Both the position numbers and the translations under genes were made by a program. Below the pieces are notes generated by a model, which searched no databases, was not told the origin of the DNA, and saw nothing but the letters and a program-made list of their open reading frames with translations. This document shows, piece after piece, positions 19,458-29,262 of a stretch of DNA of 64,000 nucleotides (positions are counted from its first letter, which is position 1; the number at the start of each line of letters is the position of its first letter). Origin of the DNA: an uncultured Actinomycetes bacterium. Its GTDB lineage: Bacteria > Actinomycetota > Thermoleophilia > UBA2241. The stretch is from positions 15,502 through 79,501 of the forward strand of contig CAVWIH010000024.1 of NCBI GenBank assembly GCA_963755025.1, written 5' to 3'.

Positions 19458-20543
19458 TCAGGCGGTGTGGCGGAAGTTCATGACGTCGCCGTCGGCGACC
19501 ACGTAGGTGCGGCCTTCGATGCGCAGCACGCCCTTGTCGCGAGCGTGGGCGAACGAGCCCAGCTCGAGCAGGTCGACGATAGGCACGACCTCGGCGCGCA
19601 CGAACTTCTTCTGGATGTCGCCGTGGATGCGGCCGGCGGCCTGCCAGGCGGTCCAGCCGCGGGGCAGCTGCCAGGCGCGGCTCTCGCTCGACTTGAAGTC
19701 GCCGGTGAAGAAGGTGATGTAGCCCAGCGCCCGGTAACAGCCGGCGATGAGCTCGTCGACGCCGCCCGGCGGCACGCCGAGCTCGGCGCGAAACTCGGCC
19801 GCTTCGTCGGCCTCGAGCTCGGCGAGCTCGACCTCGAGCCGGGCGGCGAGCACGACGACCTCGTCGCCGCGCTCGGCGGCCCAAGCGGCGAGGCGCTCGC
19901 CGGCGTCGAGGTGCGACTCGTCGGTGTTCAAGACAAAGAGGACGGGCCTCTCGGTGACCAGGGCGAGGTCGCGCATGAGGGGCTCGTCGTCGTCGCCGCG
20001 CGCGATCTGGCAGGCGCGGCGGCCTTCGACCAGCTCGGCGGCGAAGCGGTCGAGGATGACCAGCTCCTTGCGCGCCTGGGCGTCGCCGGCGCGCGCCGCC
20101 TTGTTGGTCTTGTCGCGGCGGCGCTCGACCAGCTCGAGGTCGCTCAAAATGAGCTCGGTCTCGACGGCCTCGACGTCGGCGACAGGGTCGATGGCGGCGC
20201 GCGGAAAGGCGACCTCGGGGTTCTCGAAGGCGCGCACCACGTGGGCGACGGCGTCGACCTCGCGGATGTCGGACAGAAAGCGGCTGCCCAGGCCCTGGCC
20301 GTGCTCGCCGTCGCCCCCGCCCACGCCGGGAATGTCGACGACCTCGATGGTGGCGTGCACCTCGCGGGGCGTCTGCAGGACCTCGTTCAACCTGTCGAGG
20401 CGCGGGTCGGGCACGGCGACCACGCCGCGGTTGGCCTCGGCTGCGCTGAAGGCGTAGGCGGTGGCCAGGGCGCCGGCGTGGGTGAGAGCGTTGAACACCG
20501 TCGTCTTGCCGGCGTTGGGGAGTCCGACGATACCGAGCTTCAT
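19458..20543 (-). CDS. ychF: Redox-regulated ATPase YchF
   Basis: GIVGLPNAGKTT, VPDPRL, DIPG, GLGSRFLSDIRE, YITFFT, TGS C-terminus YVVADGDV. Confidence 0.95.
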   Translation of the reverse strand: MKLGIVGLPNAGKTTVFNALTHAGALATAYAFSAAEANRGVVAVPDPRLDRLNEVLQTPREVHATIEVVDIPGVGGGDGEHGQGLGSRFLSDIREVDAVAHVVRAFENPEVAFPRAAIDPVADVEAVETELILSDLELVERRRDKTNKAARAGDAQARKELVILDRFAAELVEGRRACQIARGDDDEPLMRDLALVTERPVLFVLNTDESHLDAGERLAAWAAERGDEVVVLAARLEVELAELEADEAAEFRAELGVPPGGVDELIAGCYRALGYITFFTGDFKSSESRAWQLPRGWTAWQAAGRIHGDIQKKFVRAEVVPIVDLLELGSFAHARDKGVLRIEGRTYVVADGDVMNFRHTA

Positions 20544-20568
20544 GGGTGCATCCGATCCATCTAGCGAA

Positions 20569-21207
20569 CTATATCCTCACGAGGGCGATGTACGGCAGGC
20601 CGATGACCAGGCCCAGGCAGACGCCGGCCAGCACGTCGGCCAGAAAGTGGACCCGCAGGTAGACGCGACTCACGGCCAGCACCACGGCGAGGGCGGCGAA
20701 GGCCGGCCAGAGGCTGGGGTAGAGCGCGCTCATGGCCAGGGCGCCGACCGTGCTCATGCTGGCGTGCGACGAGGGAAACGACGGCGACAGCGGCAGCGGT
20801 ATGTCGGCGCGGGCCGCCGAAGGGTCGCGCTGGGTCGGGCGCCGGCGGCGAAAGATGAGCTTGATGAGGAACGTGATCCACTCGGTGGCGAGCACCGCGG
20901 CGGCGGCGTAGGCGAAGCGCCGCCCCGAAAAACCAGCCGTGCCGGCGGCCGCGCCGACGGCGGCCAGCACGACCCAGACGACTCCGTAGTTGCCGGTGAG
21001 CGAGATCGCGCCCAGCGGCAGGGTGAGGTAGCGCGGGTGCGGCCAGCGCGTGCCGATGACGGCCGAGAGGGCCACGTCGCGCGCCTCGAGGCGCGCGAGC
21101 CACCCGGCGCGCGGCGGGCGCTGCGGGGCGTGGGGGCGTGCAGAGCCGGCGGCGGGTCGCCCCGGAGCGGCGGGGGGCCCCGCATCAGGTGTCGTACTGG
21201 TCGGCAT
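20569..21207 (-). CDS. PAP2 family phosphatase
   Basis: KLIFRRRRP, SFPSSH, SRVYLRVHFLADV. Confidence 0.85.
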   Translation of the reverse strand: MPTSTTPDAGPPAAPGRPAAGSARPHAPQRPPRAGWLARLEARDVALSAVIGTRWPHPRYLTLPLGAISLTGNYGVVWVVLAAVGAAAGTAGFSGRRFAYAAAAVLATEWITFLIKLIFRRRRPTQRDPSAARADIPLPLSPSFPSSHASMSTVGALAMSALYPSLWPAFAALAVVLAVSRVYLRVHFLADVLAGVCLGLVIGLPYIALVRI

Positions 21208-21268
21208 CGATAACCGCCTCCAGTATACTATCGGCCGTACTCGCCCCCGGCTCCGAGGCAAGGTCGCC

Positions 21269-21559
21269 ATGTCCGATCAACCACCCCGTACGAGCGTCAT
21301 CGTCACCGCTCTCGGCGCCGACAAGCACGGCCTGCTTGCGGCCGTCGCCACCACCATCGCCAACGCCAACGCCAACGTCGACGACGTCAGCCAGACCGTC
21401 ACCGGCGGCATGTTCACCATGATCATGTTCGTCTCGTTCGCCACCGGCGAGACCACCATGGCGGCGCTACAGGAGGCGCTGGTCGAGACCGGCCTCAAGA
21501 CCGGCCTGCAGATCACCGTGCAGCACGAAGACATCTTCCGCTACATGCACCGCATCTAG
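21269..21559 (+). CDS. ACT domain protein (UPF0237)
   Basis: IVTALGADKHGL..NVDDVSQT..FTMIM..QHEDIFRYMHRI; usual partner of UPF0210. Confidence 0.9.
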   Translation: MSDQPPRTSVIVTALGADKHGLLAAVATTIANANANVDDVSQTVTGGMFTMIMFVSFATGETTMAALQEALVETGLKTGLQITVQHEDIFRYMHRI

Positions 21560-21570
21560 CGGCCGGCGCC

Positions 21571-22935
21571 ATGGTCTTCATCACAAACGAAGAGATCCTC
21601 GAGACCGTCCGCATGATCCAGGACGAGAACCTCGACGTGCGCGCCGTCACCATGGGCATCTCGCTAAACGACTGCGCCTCGCGCGACGTCGGCCGCGTCT
21701 GCCAGCGCGTGCACGACAAGATCGTCGCCCGGGCCGGCCGCCTGGTCTCGGTGGCCCTCGAGATCCAGGAGAAATACGGCGTCCCGATCGTCAATCGCCG
21801 GGTGTCGATCACGCCCATCGCGGGCGTCCTCGCGGCCGGCGGTCCCGAGGCGTTCGTGCAGGTCGCCCACGCGCTCGACGCGGCGGCGGCCGAGATCGGC
21901 ATCGACTTCGTGGGCGGCTTCTCGGCGCTCGTGCAGAAGGGCTTCACCGCCCGCGACACGGCGCTCATCCAGGCCATCCCCCAAGCCATCGCCGAGACGC
22001 AGCGCGTGTGCTCGTCGGTCAACGTGGCCTCCACGCGCGCCGGCATCAACATGGACGCCGTCACGCGCATGGCCGACGTGCTGGTCGACGTCTCGCGGCG
22101 CACCGCCGACCGCGACTCCATCGGCGCCGCCAAGATCGTCATCTTCTGCAACGTCCCCGAGGACAGCCCCTTCATGGCCGGCGCCATGCACGGCAGCGGC
22201 GAGCCCGAGACGAGCATCAACGTGGGCATCTCGGGACCGGGCGTCATTCGCAACGTGGTGGCCCGCCACCCCGAGCTGCCCTTCACCGACCTGGCCGACC
22301 TCATCAAGCGCACCACCTTCAAGATCACCCGGGTCGGCGAGCTCGTGGCGCGCGAGGCAGCCCAGATGCTCGACGCGCAGATGGGCATCATCGACCTCTC
22401 GCTCGCGCCCTCGCCGGCGATCGGCGACTCGGTGGCCGAGATCCTCGAGGCGATGGGACTGGCGCGCACCGGCGCGCCCGGCACCACGGCGGCGCTCGCC
22501 ATGCTGAACGACGCCGTCAAGAAGGGTGGCCTCATGGCGACCTCGTCGACCGGAGGCCTCTCGGGCGCCTTCATCCCGGTGAGCGAAGACGCCGGCATGG
22601 TGCGCGCCGCCGCCGAAGGCGTGCTCAGCATCGAGAAGCTCGAAGCGATGACCGCGGTCTGCTCGCTCGGGCTCGACATGATCGTCGTGCCCGGCGACAC
22701 CACGCGCGACGCGCTGGCCGGCACCATCGCCGACGTCATGGCGATCGGCATGATCAACAACAAGACGACCGGCGCCCGCCTGATCCCCGCGGCCGGCAAG
22801 GCCGCCGGCGACTGGGTCGAGCTCGGCGGCCTCTTCGGGGCCGCCCCGGTCATGCCCCTGAGCCTGGCCGGCAACAGCGCCTTCATCGCTCGCGGCGGGC
22901 GCATTCCCGCGCCGCTGCAGAGCCTGAACAACTAG
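21571..22935 (+). CDS. PFL-like protein UPF0210
   Basis: ENLDVRAVTMGISL, INVGISGPG, GGLSGAFIPVSED, EAMTAVCSLGLDM, RIPAPLQSL. Confidence 0.92.
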   Translation: MVFITNEEILETVRMIQDENLDVRAVTMGISLNDCASRDVGRVCQRVHDKIVARAGRLVSVALEIQEKYGVPIVNRRVSITPIAGVLAAGGPEAFVQVAHALDAAAAEIGIDFVGGFSALVQKGFTARDTALIQAIPQAIAETQRVCSSVNVASTRAGINMDAVTRMADVLVDVSRRTADRDSIGAAKIVIFCNVPEDSPFMAGAMHGSGEPETSINVGISGPGVIRNVVARHPELPFTDLADLIKRTTFKITRVGELVAREAAQMLDAQMGIIDLSLAPSPAIGDSVAEILEAMGLARTGAPGTTAALAMLNDAVKKGGLMATSSTGGLSGAFIPVSEDAGMVRAAAEGVLSIEKLEAMTAVCSLGLDMIVVPGDTTRDALAGTIADVMAIGMINNKTTGARLIPAAGKAAGDWVELGGLFGAAPVMPLSLAGNSAFIARGGRIPAPLQSLNN

Positions 22936-22949
22936 GCGGTCACGACAAA

Positions 22950-22988
22950 CGCGGCGGGCCGGGCGCCAAAGGCGCCCGGCCCGCCGCG
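22950..22988. terminator. GC-rich hairpin after UPF0210
   Basis: Perfect 18-bp stem cgcggcgggccgggcgcc-aaa-ggcgcccggcccgccgcg. Confidence 0.7.
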
Positions 22989-23024
22989 CTCTTGGTCCTT
23001 AGTCCTCTGCTCTCGTTCGAGCCT

Positions 23025-24017
23025 AGATGATTGATTCCACGCCCACAGCCTCAGGCGCAGTAGTCGACCAGGGCGCGGCTCGGCCGTCCCAGCCGGTGGT
23101 TGAGGCTGATGCAGACCGCCAGGCAGCAGAAGCGTTGCAGGATACGCTCGCGTAGCCCCGCCATGGTGCGTGCCCCGTGGCGCTCCAGGGTGAGCAGATC
23201 CTTGGCCGTCCAGAAGATCGACTCGATGCGCTGGCGGATGGGCGCCAGGTACGGGCCGGCTGCGGTCTCGTCCTTGCGCGCAGGTCGCACCACAGCGACG
23301 CCGCGCTCGGCGGCCCCGCGAGCGAACTCGCGCCCGGCGTAGCCCTTGTCGCACAGAAGGACCTCACCGCCGCGCGCCGCGCGTCGCAGCAGCTCGAGGG
23401 CCACCTCGCGTTCGCCGCGGGCGGGATCGGCGAGCGTAAAGGCCCGCGGGGTACCATCGGGAGCCACCAGCAGGTGGAGGCGAAAGCCCCAGAACCAGCG
23501 CGAGTGGGCGGCACAGTAGCCGTAGCCGGCGGCCTCGCCAAGCGCTGAGCGCTTGGCCGTCTCGCGGCTGGCGGCGCAGGGCAGCGGGGTCGAGTCGCAC
23601 AGCAGAAGGTCGTCCGTTAAAGCCCGGGCTTTTGCTGGCGAAGACGCCCGTGAGCCACTCGATCGTGTCGGCCAGACGGCGGCGGCGTTTGTGATAGCCG
23701 GCCTGGCGAGGCACGTCGGGGAACAGATGGACGAGGCGCTTGCGGGCCGTCGCCAGGAAGCGCCGGTCGGATGGGATCCCCATGATCGCCTGGGCCACGC
23801 AGAGGGTAACGACCTCGGCGTCGCTCACGCGGCGGCGGGCGTTACGCCGTGCCTCTGGCAGAAGATCGTCGGCTGTGCAATAAACCACGGTGCAGAGAGT
23901 GTCGAGGTCGGCGTCCATCGTGGCCTCCGGGCAGACGGTGACTTAGGGCACCGTCGGCTTCGGCCTCTCTGCTTCTACTTTCCTTGCCTGAGGCGAATCT
24001 CGTGGAATCAATCATCT
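23025..24017 (-). mobile_element. IS982-family insertion sequence (~993 bp)
   Basis: 17-bp perfect terminal IR agatgattgattccacg / cgtggaatcaatcatct; no clear target duplication. Confidence 0.85.
23051..23918 (-). pseudogene. IS982 DDE transposase with a frameshift near 23619
   Basis: MDADLDTL..SDAEVVTLCVAQ, DSTP, YGYCAAHSRWFWGFRLH, DKGY, RQRIES split across two frames. Confidence 0.85.
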
Positions 24018-24028
24018 GGGGGCGCGGC

Positions 24029-24979
24029 TCAGATCTGGAGCTCGCCGAGCAGCGCCTTCACCTCGCTGAGGGTGTCGTCGAGGCCGAGCGCCGTGCAGGC
24101 CTTTTCAGCCTCGGTGAGCTGCAGGATGGCGTCGAGGGTCTGTCCCTGGCTGCGGTAGGCCTTGGCCAGGGCGACCTCGTCGTCGACCAGCGAGGTCAGC
24201 AGGGCGCGCACGTCGGGGTCGGCCAGGTCGAGTTGCCCGTCGCCGCTCGTCACGATGACGTCGGACAGCGACGCCGCCTCGGCGGGCGGCGCTGCGGGTG
24301 CGGCCTGGGCCGGTCGAGGCGCGGCTTCGGCTGCCGGCGCCTCGTCGACAGGCGCCGCGGGCGCGGCCTGGGTCGGCGGCGTGGCGGCGTCCGGCGGCGT
24401 GGCGGCGGCCGGCGGCGTGGCGGCGGCCGGCGGGAAGATGTCGTCGTGCGAGCCGAACGGGTCGACCGGGAAGGGGCCGGACGGCTGTGCGGCCTTCTCG
24501 GGTTCGGTCCGTTTACCCAGACCCTCGAAGCCGCGCGACAGCGGTTCGTCGAGGAACGAGCCGGCGGTCGCCGGCGGCGCGGCGGTAACGAGCGGCCGCG
24601 GCGCGGGCGCGACGCCGGCGCTCGGCGCGGCGGGAGCGGCGGTCGCAGGCGGGCCCGCCGGTGCGCTCGCAGGCGCGGTGCTCGCCGGCGCGGCTGGTGC
24701 GGCGGCCAGGGGCGCCGGGTCGGGCGGCCCGGCGGCCGGTGGCGCCGGCGCAGCGGCGGTCGTCGGGGCGGCCGGGGCGGCCGGGGCGGCCGCGGCCGCG
24801 CCGAGGCCGGTCCAGCCCGGCGGCGGTCCTGCGCCGAGGTCGGTCGGCTTGTCGGGCCTCGATGCCATCAGCCGTTCGTCTTCGCCGCGGTGGCGGACCA
24901 GGACGACGATGAGCAGCGCGGCGACGATGAGCGCCGCCACCCCGACTCCAAGCCATTGCATCTGGATCGCTGCGATCAT
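24029..24979 (-). CDS. Membrane-anchored Pro/Ala-rich protein with FimV-like helical C-terminus
   Basis: N-terminal TM helix, long PA-rich linker, DDEVALAKAYRSQGQTLDAILQL. Confidence 0.6.
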   Translation of the reverse strand: MIAAIQMQWLGVGVAALIVAALLIVVLVRHRGEDERLMASRPDKPTDLGAGPPPGWTGLGAAAAAPAAPAAPTTAAAPAPPAAGPPDPAPLAAAPAAPASTAPASAPAGPPATAAPAAPSAGVAPAPRPLVTAAPPATAGSFLDEPLSRGFEGLGKRTEPEKAAQPSGPFPVDPFGSHDDIFPPAAATPPAAATPPDAATPPTQAAPAAPVDEAPAAEAAPRPAQAAPAAPPAEAASLSDVIVTSGDGQLDLADPDVRALLTSLVDDEVALAKAYRSQGQTLDAILQLTEAEKACTALGLDDTLSEVKALLGELQI

Positions 24980-25075
24980 GGCGTTCCCCTTAGGTCACGT
25001 GAGTCTCGAGTGCCAAGTTCTTCTCTTGTCGACCGTTCCCTCCGGTCGCTTGAAGGGGGCGGTAGAATCGGCGGC

Positions 25076-26088
25076 ATGATCGACCCAGCCGTGCTGCGCG
25101 CAACGATGACCGACCTCGACCAGCCGGCGTATCGCGCCACCCAGGTCTACCAGGCCCTCACGCGGGGCCTGGTCACCGACTTCGCCGCGATCAACGTGCT
25201 GCCGGCAGTCCTGCGGGGCGCCCTCGCCGAGCGCCTGCAGCCCGTCTCGCTGACGCCGGTCGAGAGCCGCGCGGCGGCCACCGGCGAGGCGCGCAAGACG
25301 CTGTTCGCCACCGCCGATGGGCGCGCCGTCGAGGCGGTGCTCATGGTCTACCCCCGTCGTGCGACGGTGTGCGTGTCGAGCCAGGTCGGCTGCTCGGTGC
25401 GCTGCGCCTTCTGCGCGTCGGGCGCGCGCGGCCTGGTGCGTGACCTCACGGCCGAGGAGATGGTCGACCAGGTGCTGCACTTCGCCCGCGAGCTGCGCGG
25501 CGCCGGCCGGGCCGTCACCAACGTGGTCTTCATGGGCATGGGAGAGCCGTTCCACAACTACGACGGACGCTGCGCGCCTGCCGCCTGCTGAACGACCCCG
25601 ACGGGTTCGGTCTCGGGGCCCGCGGCGTGTCGATCTCGACGGCGGGGGTCGTGCCGGCCTTGCGGCGCTTCACCGACGAGGAGTCGCAGATCAATCTGGC
25701 CGTGAGCCTGCACGCCGCCACCGACGAGCTGCGCGACCGGCTCGTGCCGCTCAACCGCCGCTACCCGCTCGACGTGCTGCTCGCGGCATGCGCCGACTAC
25801 GTCGCGCGCCGCCGCCGCAAGCTCTTCTTCGAGTACGTCGTGCTGGCCGGCGTCAACGACGGCGACGACCAGGTAAAGGCCCTCGTGCGGCGTCTGCGCA
25901 AGCCGCTCTATCACCTGAACCTGATCGCCTACAACGAGACCGGCGGCGAGTTCGCGCGCCCCCGGGCGCGCGAGCTCGCCGCCCTGGGCGAACGGCTCGC
26001 CGCCGCCGGCCTGTCGTGCACCGTCAGGCGCTCGCCGGGGGGAGAGATCGAGGCGGCCTGCGGCCAGCTCGCCGGCGCGCGCGCCTGA
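25076..26088 (+). CDS. rlmN: 23S rRNA m2A2503 / tRNA radical-SAM methyltransferase RlmN, 1-bp frameshift near 25565
   Basis: CVSSQVGCSVRCAFCASG, MGMGEP, ISTAG, AVSLHA, EYV, GVND, AACGQL; span 1013 bp. Confidence 0.9.
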
Positions 26089-26114
26089 TCGGCTCGCGGC
26101 CGGTCCGTAGTCGG

Positions 26115-27173
26115 TCAGAACGAGGAGGCAGGCAGACGTTCGCGCAGGCGAGCGGCGGCGTCGCGCGGGTCGACCGGGTCGACGCTGATGCCGGTGCCCA
26201 GCTCAAAGCCGGCGGCGGTCGTGAGGCGCGGGGCGATCTCGATGTGCCAGTGGAAGGGCGGCCCGTCGCCGCCCTTGGGGGCGCCGCAAGGGACGGTGTG
26301 CAGCCAGGCGTTCAGCGGTGCGTCGGCGGTGGCCGCGGCGACCGCGCTCAGGGCGCGCTTGAAGGCCGCGGCGACGGCGCCCGGGTCGGCGCCCAGAGCG
26401 TCGGCCTGGTGTGCGCGCGGCGCGAGGCGCAGCTCGTAGGGCCAGCGCGAGGCGTCGGGCGTCCAGGCCACGAGCGGCTCGTCGAACACCAGGCGCGAGC
26501 CCTCGTCGACGATCGCGGCCATCATGTCGCACAGGAGGCAGCGGCCGTACTTCACCTGGTAGCGCGCGAACTGCTCGAGCTCGTCGGTGAGCACGGGCGG
26601 CACGATCGGCGTGGCGAAGATCTGGGAGTGGGGATGGGCCAGCGACGCGCCGGCGGCGCGGCCGTGGTTCAGGATGACCGTGACCGCGGCCGCGCCGCCG
26701 GCGCACAGCGCGGCGATGCGCCGCTGGTACATGGTCACCACGGCGGTCACTTCGGCGAGCGGCTGGGCGTACAGCGGCAGGTCGTGGCGCGGCGAGTGCA
26801 CGACGACCTCGTGGCCGCCCTCGAAGACCGGGAACTTGTTGGGCACGACGCGCACGGTCCAGCCCGGCGTGTCGGGGGCGCCGCCGGCCGGGCGCAGGGC
26901 GTCGAGCTCGGGCGGGGTCAGGCCTTCGTGGCCCTCGCAGAACGGACAGTCGGCCGCGGTCGCATGGGCCGCCGGCGCGGGGGTCGCCGCCGGCGCGGGC
27001 AAGGCCGCTGTCGCGGCTGTCGCGGCTGGGGCGGCGTTGTCGGTATCGCGCGCGTCGGCGACCGCGGTGTCGTGATGCGCCGCGTCGTGGGGACGGGCGC
27101 CGCGGCGCGGCGCGATCACCGTCCAGGCGCCGCTCAGAGGATCGCGCCGCAGGCCGCCCGGGGAGTCGCTCAC
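26115..27173 (-). CDS. galT: GalT-like nucleotidyltransferase (HIT superfamily)
   Basis: RRDPLSG, CPFCEGHE, VRVVPNKFP, GASLAHPHSQ, HWHIEI, AGFELGTG. Confidence 0.85.
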   Translation of the reverse strand: MSDSPGGLRRDPLSGAWTVIAPRRGARPHDAAHHDTAVADARDTDNAAPAATAATAALPAPAATPAPAAHATAADCPFCEGHEGLTPPELDALRPAGGAPDTPGWTVRVVPNKFPVFEGGHEVVVHSPRHDLPLYAQPLAEVTAVVTMYQRRIAALCAGGAAAVTVILNHGRAAGASLAHPHSQIFATPIVPPVLTDELEQFARYQVKYGRCLLCDMMAAIVDEGSRLVFDEPLVAWTPDASRWPYELRLAPRAHQADALGADPGAVAAAFKRALSAVAAATADAPLNAWLHTVPCGAPKGGDGPPFHWHIEIAPRLTTAAGFELGTGISVDPVDPRDAAARLRERLPASSF

Positions 27174-27219
27174 CGCCGCGCGAGCCGGCCGCCGGCCGCC
27201 TGGGGAGCGCCGGGAGCGG

Positions 27220-28197
27220 TCACGGCTTGAAGACGAACGTGTCGCCGCCGGCCTGCTTGGCTTCGTAGAGCGCGCCGTCGGCGCGCGCCAGCACGAGCGC
27301 GCCGCTGTCGTCGTCGGGGCGCACCAGGGTGGCGCCGATCGAGATGGTCATGGCGAGCGACTCTTCGCTGGGCGTGACAAAGCGCGAGCCGCGCACCGAA
27401 TGCAGGGCGCGCTCGCCGAGGCGGCGCAGATCGTCGTCGGCGCCCACGGCGCTCACCACCACGAACTCGTCGCCGCCGTAGCGCGCCAGCAGGTCGACCT
27501 TGCGGGTGCCGTCGGACAGGATGGTGGCCACGAACTTCAGGGCCTCGTCGCCGGTGGCGTGGCCGAAGGAGTCGTTGACCGGCTTGAAGTCGTCGATGTC
27601 GATCTCGATCACGCCGAAGCGCTGTCCGATGCGCTTGTACAGGTCGATCTGCTGGTCGAGCACGATGTCGATGTAGCGGCGGTTGAAGAGGCCGGTGAGC
27701 GGGTCGGTGACCGCCGAGTCGGAGAGCTTCTGGATGAGGCGCGTGACCTCGCGGCCGGCCACCGTTTCGAGCTCGCCGAAGACCTCGACGCCGTAGTAGC
27801 CGCCGTCGAGCGAGAAGCGCCGTGTCTTGACGTAGACCGCCAGGCGCTCGCCGTCTTCGCGCTTGAGCAGCACTTCGTTCACCGAGCGCGCGTGGCCGTC
27901 GGCGATGCAGCTCTGGAGCGGGCAGGCGTCGGTGCAGAGCTTGTGCCCGTAGACGTCCTGGTGGACCAGGATGTCGTCGTAGCAATGGCTGCCCACCACG
28001 TCGGACGCCGGGTAGCCGGTGATGCGCGCGGCGCCCTCGCTCCAGTAGACGATCTCGCGCTGGTCGTTGGTGACGTAGAGGCCTTCGGGGATGGCGTCGA
28101 TCAGGTCGGTGAGGAACCGGTCGAAGGTACGCCGTCCGGCAGACGCGGCCCGGCGCTCGAAGTCGGGCGGCGGCCGGCGCAGGGGGTCGGTGCTCAT
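27220..28197 (-). CDS. PAS-GGDEF diguanylate cyclase
   Basis: PAS (GAARITGY), DPLTGLFNRR, DIDDFKPVNDSFGH, RKVD I-site, RYGGDEF. Confidence 0.92.
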   Translation of the reverse strand: MSTDPLRRPPPDFERRAASAGRRTFDRFLTDLIDAIPEGLYVTNDQREIVYWSEGAARITGYPASDVVGSHCYDDILVHQDVYGHKLCTDACPLQSCIADGHARSVNEVLLKREDGERLAVYVKTRRFSLDGGYYGVEVFGELETVAGREVTRLIQKLSDSAVTDPLTGLFNRRYIDIVLDQQIDLYKRIGQRFGVIEIDIDDFKPVNDSFGHATGDEALKFVATILSDGTRKVDLLARYGGDEFVVVSAVGADDDLRRLGERALHSVRGSRFVTPSEESLAMTISIGATLVRPDDDSGALVLARADGALYEAKQAGGDTFVFKP

Positions 28198-28946
28198 GGG
28201 TCGATGCCGAGGTGGCCGTCGGACCCCAGGGCGGTTTCGAGCGTGGGCTTTTCGGAGCCTTCGCGCGATTTGTAGAGGAGCTGCGAGTCTTGCACGCGCT
28301 CGTAGTCGTCGTCGATGATCGCCCCCATGCGGCGCCACAGGCAGAGGTCTTTCTTCAAGTACTTCTCCTTGATGCGCGGGCTGCACTCGGCGGCGACGGG
28401 GCAGCCGTAGCACACCTCGTTGTCGACCACCGTCTTGCTCGTCTTCATGACCTCGCCCTCGTCGATGCGCCGGTAGGCGTCGAGCAGCAGCGCCTGCACG
28501 CTGCCCACGATGCGTATGGTGAACTCGGGCATGGCGTCGGATTCGTCGAACTCGAACACGCCGTTCTGCCAGTGCGCCAGCGCGAAGATCTGGTCGAGGG
28601 TCTGTTTGGCCATGATATCGCGCACCTGGTCGGCGGTGATGTAGCCCTTGTCGAGCAGGCGCTGGCCGAGCGGCTTGGCCTTCTTCTGCTCTTTGCTGAG
28701 CAGCGTGTCGGCCATGAGCACCTCGGAGAGCTGTTGCTCGGTGAGCAGGCCGGCGCGCACCAGGCGGGTGCCCAGCTTTTCGTCGGTCATGGGCAGCGAG
28801 ATTGCCTGCACACGCCCGTCGATCAGGTAGATGAACCCGAACTCGTCGAAGTCGCGCACCTCGATGATGCCCGTCGCTTGACCCTGCGCCAGAAACTGCA
28901 AGACGCTCGCCAGGTCGAACCTTCGTATGGAACCAGACAGCAGCAT
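28194..28946 (-). CDS. DUF4388 protein with MshEN-like repeats and a Cys-rich C-terminus
   Basis: LSGSIRRFDLASVLQFL; KLGTRLVRAGLLTEQQL and PLGQRLLDKGYIT; CYGCP..C..C. Confidence 0.75.
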   Translation of the reverse strand: MLLSGSIRRFDLASVLQFLAQGQATGIIEVRDFDEFGFIYLIDGRVQAISLPMTDEKLGTRLVRAGLLTEQQLSEVLMADTLLSKEQKKAKPLGQRLLDKGYITADQVRDIMAKQTLDQIFALAHWQNGVFEFDESDAMPEFTIRIVGSVQALLLDAYRRIDEGEVMKTSKTVVDNEVCYGCPVAAECSPRIKEKYLKKDLCLWRRMGAIIDDDYERVQDSQLLYKSREGSEKPTLETALGSDGHLGIDP

Positions 28947-29050
28947 GGGTATTTGCTTCGCTCCCCTTTCCTGCTGGTTTTCGGCAGAGTATGGCAGAAA
29001 TGTTAGGATGGTCTGACGTTGCCGGCAAGCCGCGAGGGCTCGGGTGCGCG

Positions 29051-29080
29051 TTGACCCTGCCTCGCGGGGCTGGCTATACT
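29051..29080 (+). promoter_or_regulatory. Sigma70-type promoter of the rpmH operon
   Basis: TTGACC-N18-TATACT. Confidence 0.65.
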
Positions 29081-29116
29081 AACCCCTTTGGATGTCAGTG
29101 AACGAGCGAGGACGCT

Positions 29117-29251
29117 GTGAAGAGGACCTATCAGCCCAACACCCGCAAGCGCAGCAAGACCCACGGATTTCGCAAGCGGATGAGCACAAAGGCGGGTCGG
29201 TCGGTGATCAAGCGGCGGCGTCAAAAGGGACGCAAGCGGCTAAGCGCCTGA
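29117..29251 (+). CDS. rpmH: 50S ribosomal protein L34 (not in the ORF track)
   Basis: GTG start; [44 protein letters not shown]. Confidence 0.97.
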   Translation: MKRTYQPNTRKRSKTHGFRKRMSTKAGRSVIKRRRQKGRKRLSA

Positions 29252-29262
29252 CCGAACGGCGC

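Noticed and set aside
28947-29116. oriC next to rpmH
   Set aside because: No DnaA boxes, AT-rich unwinding element or dnaA.
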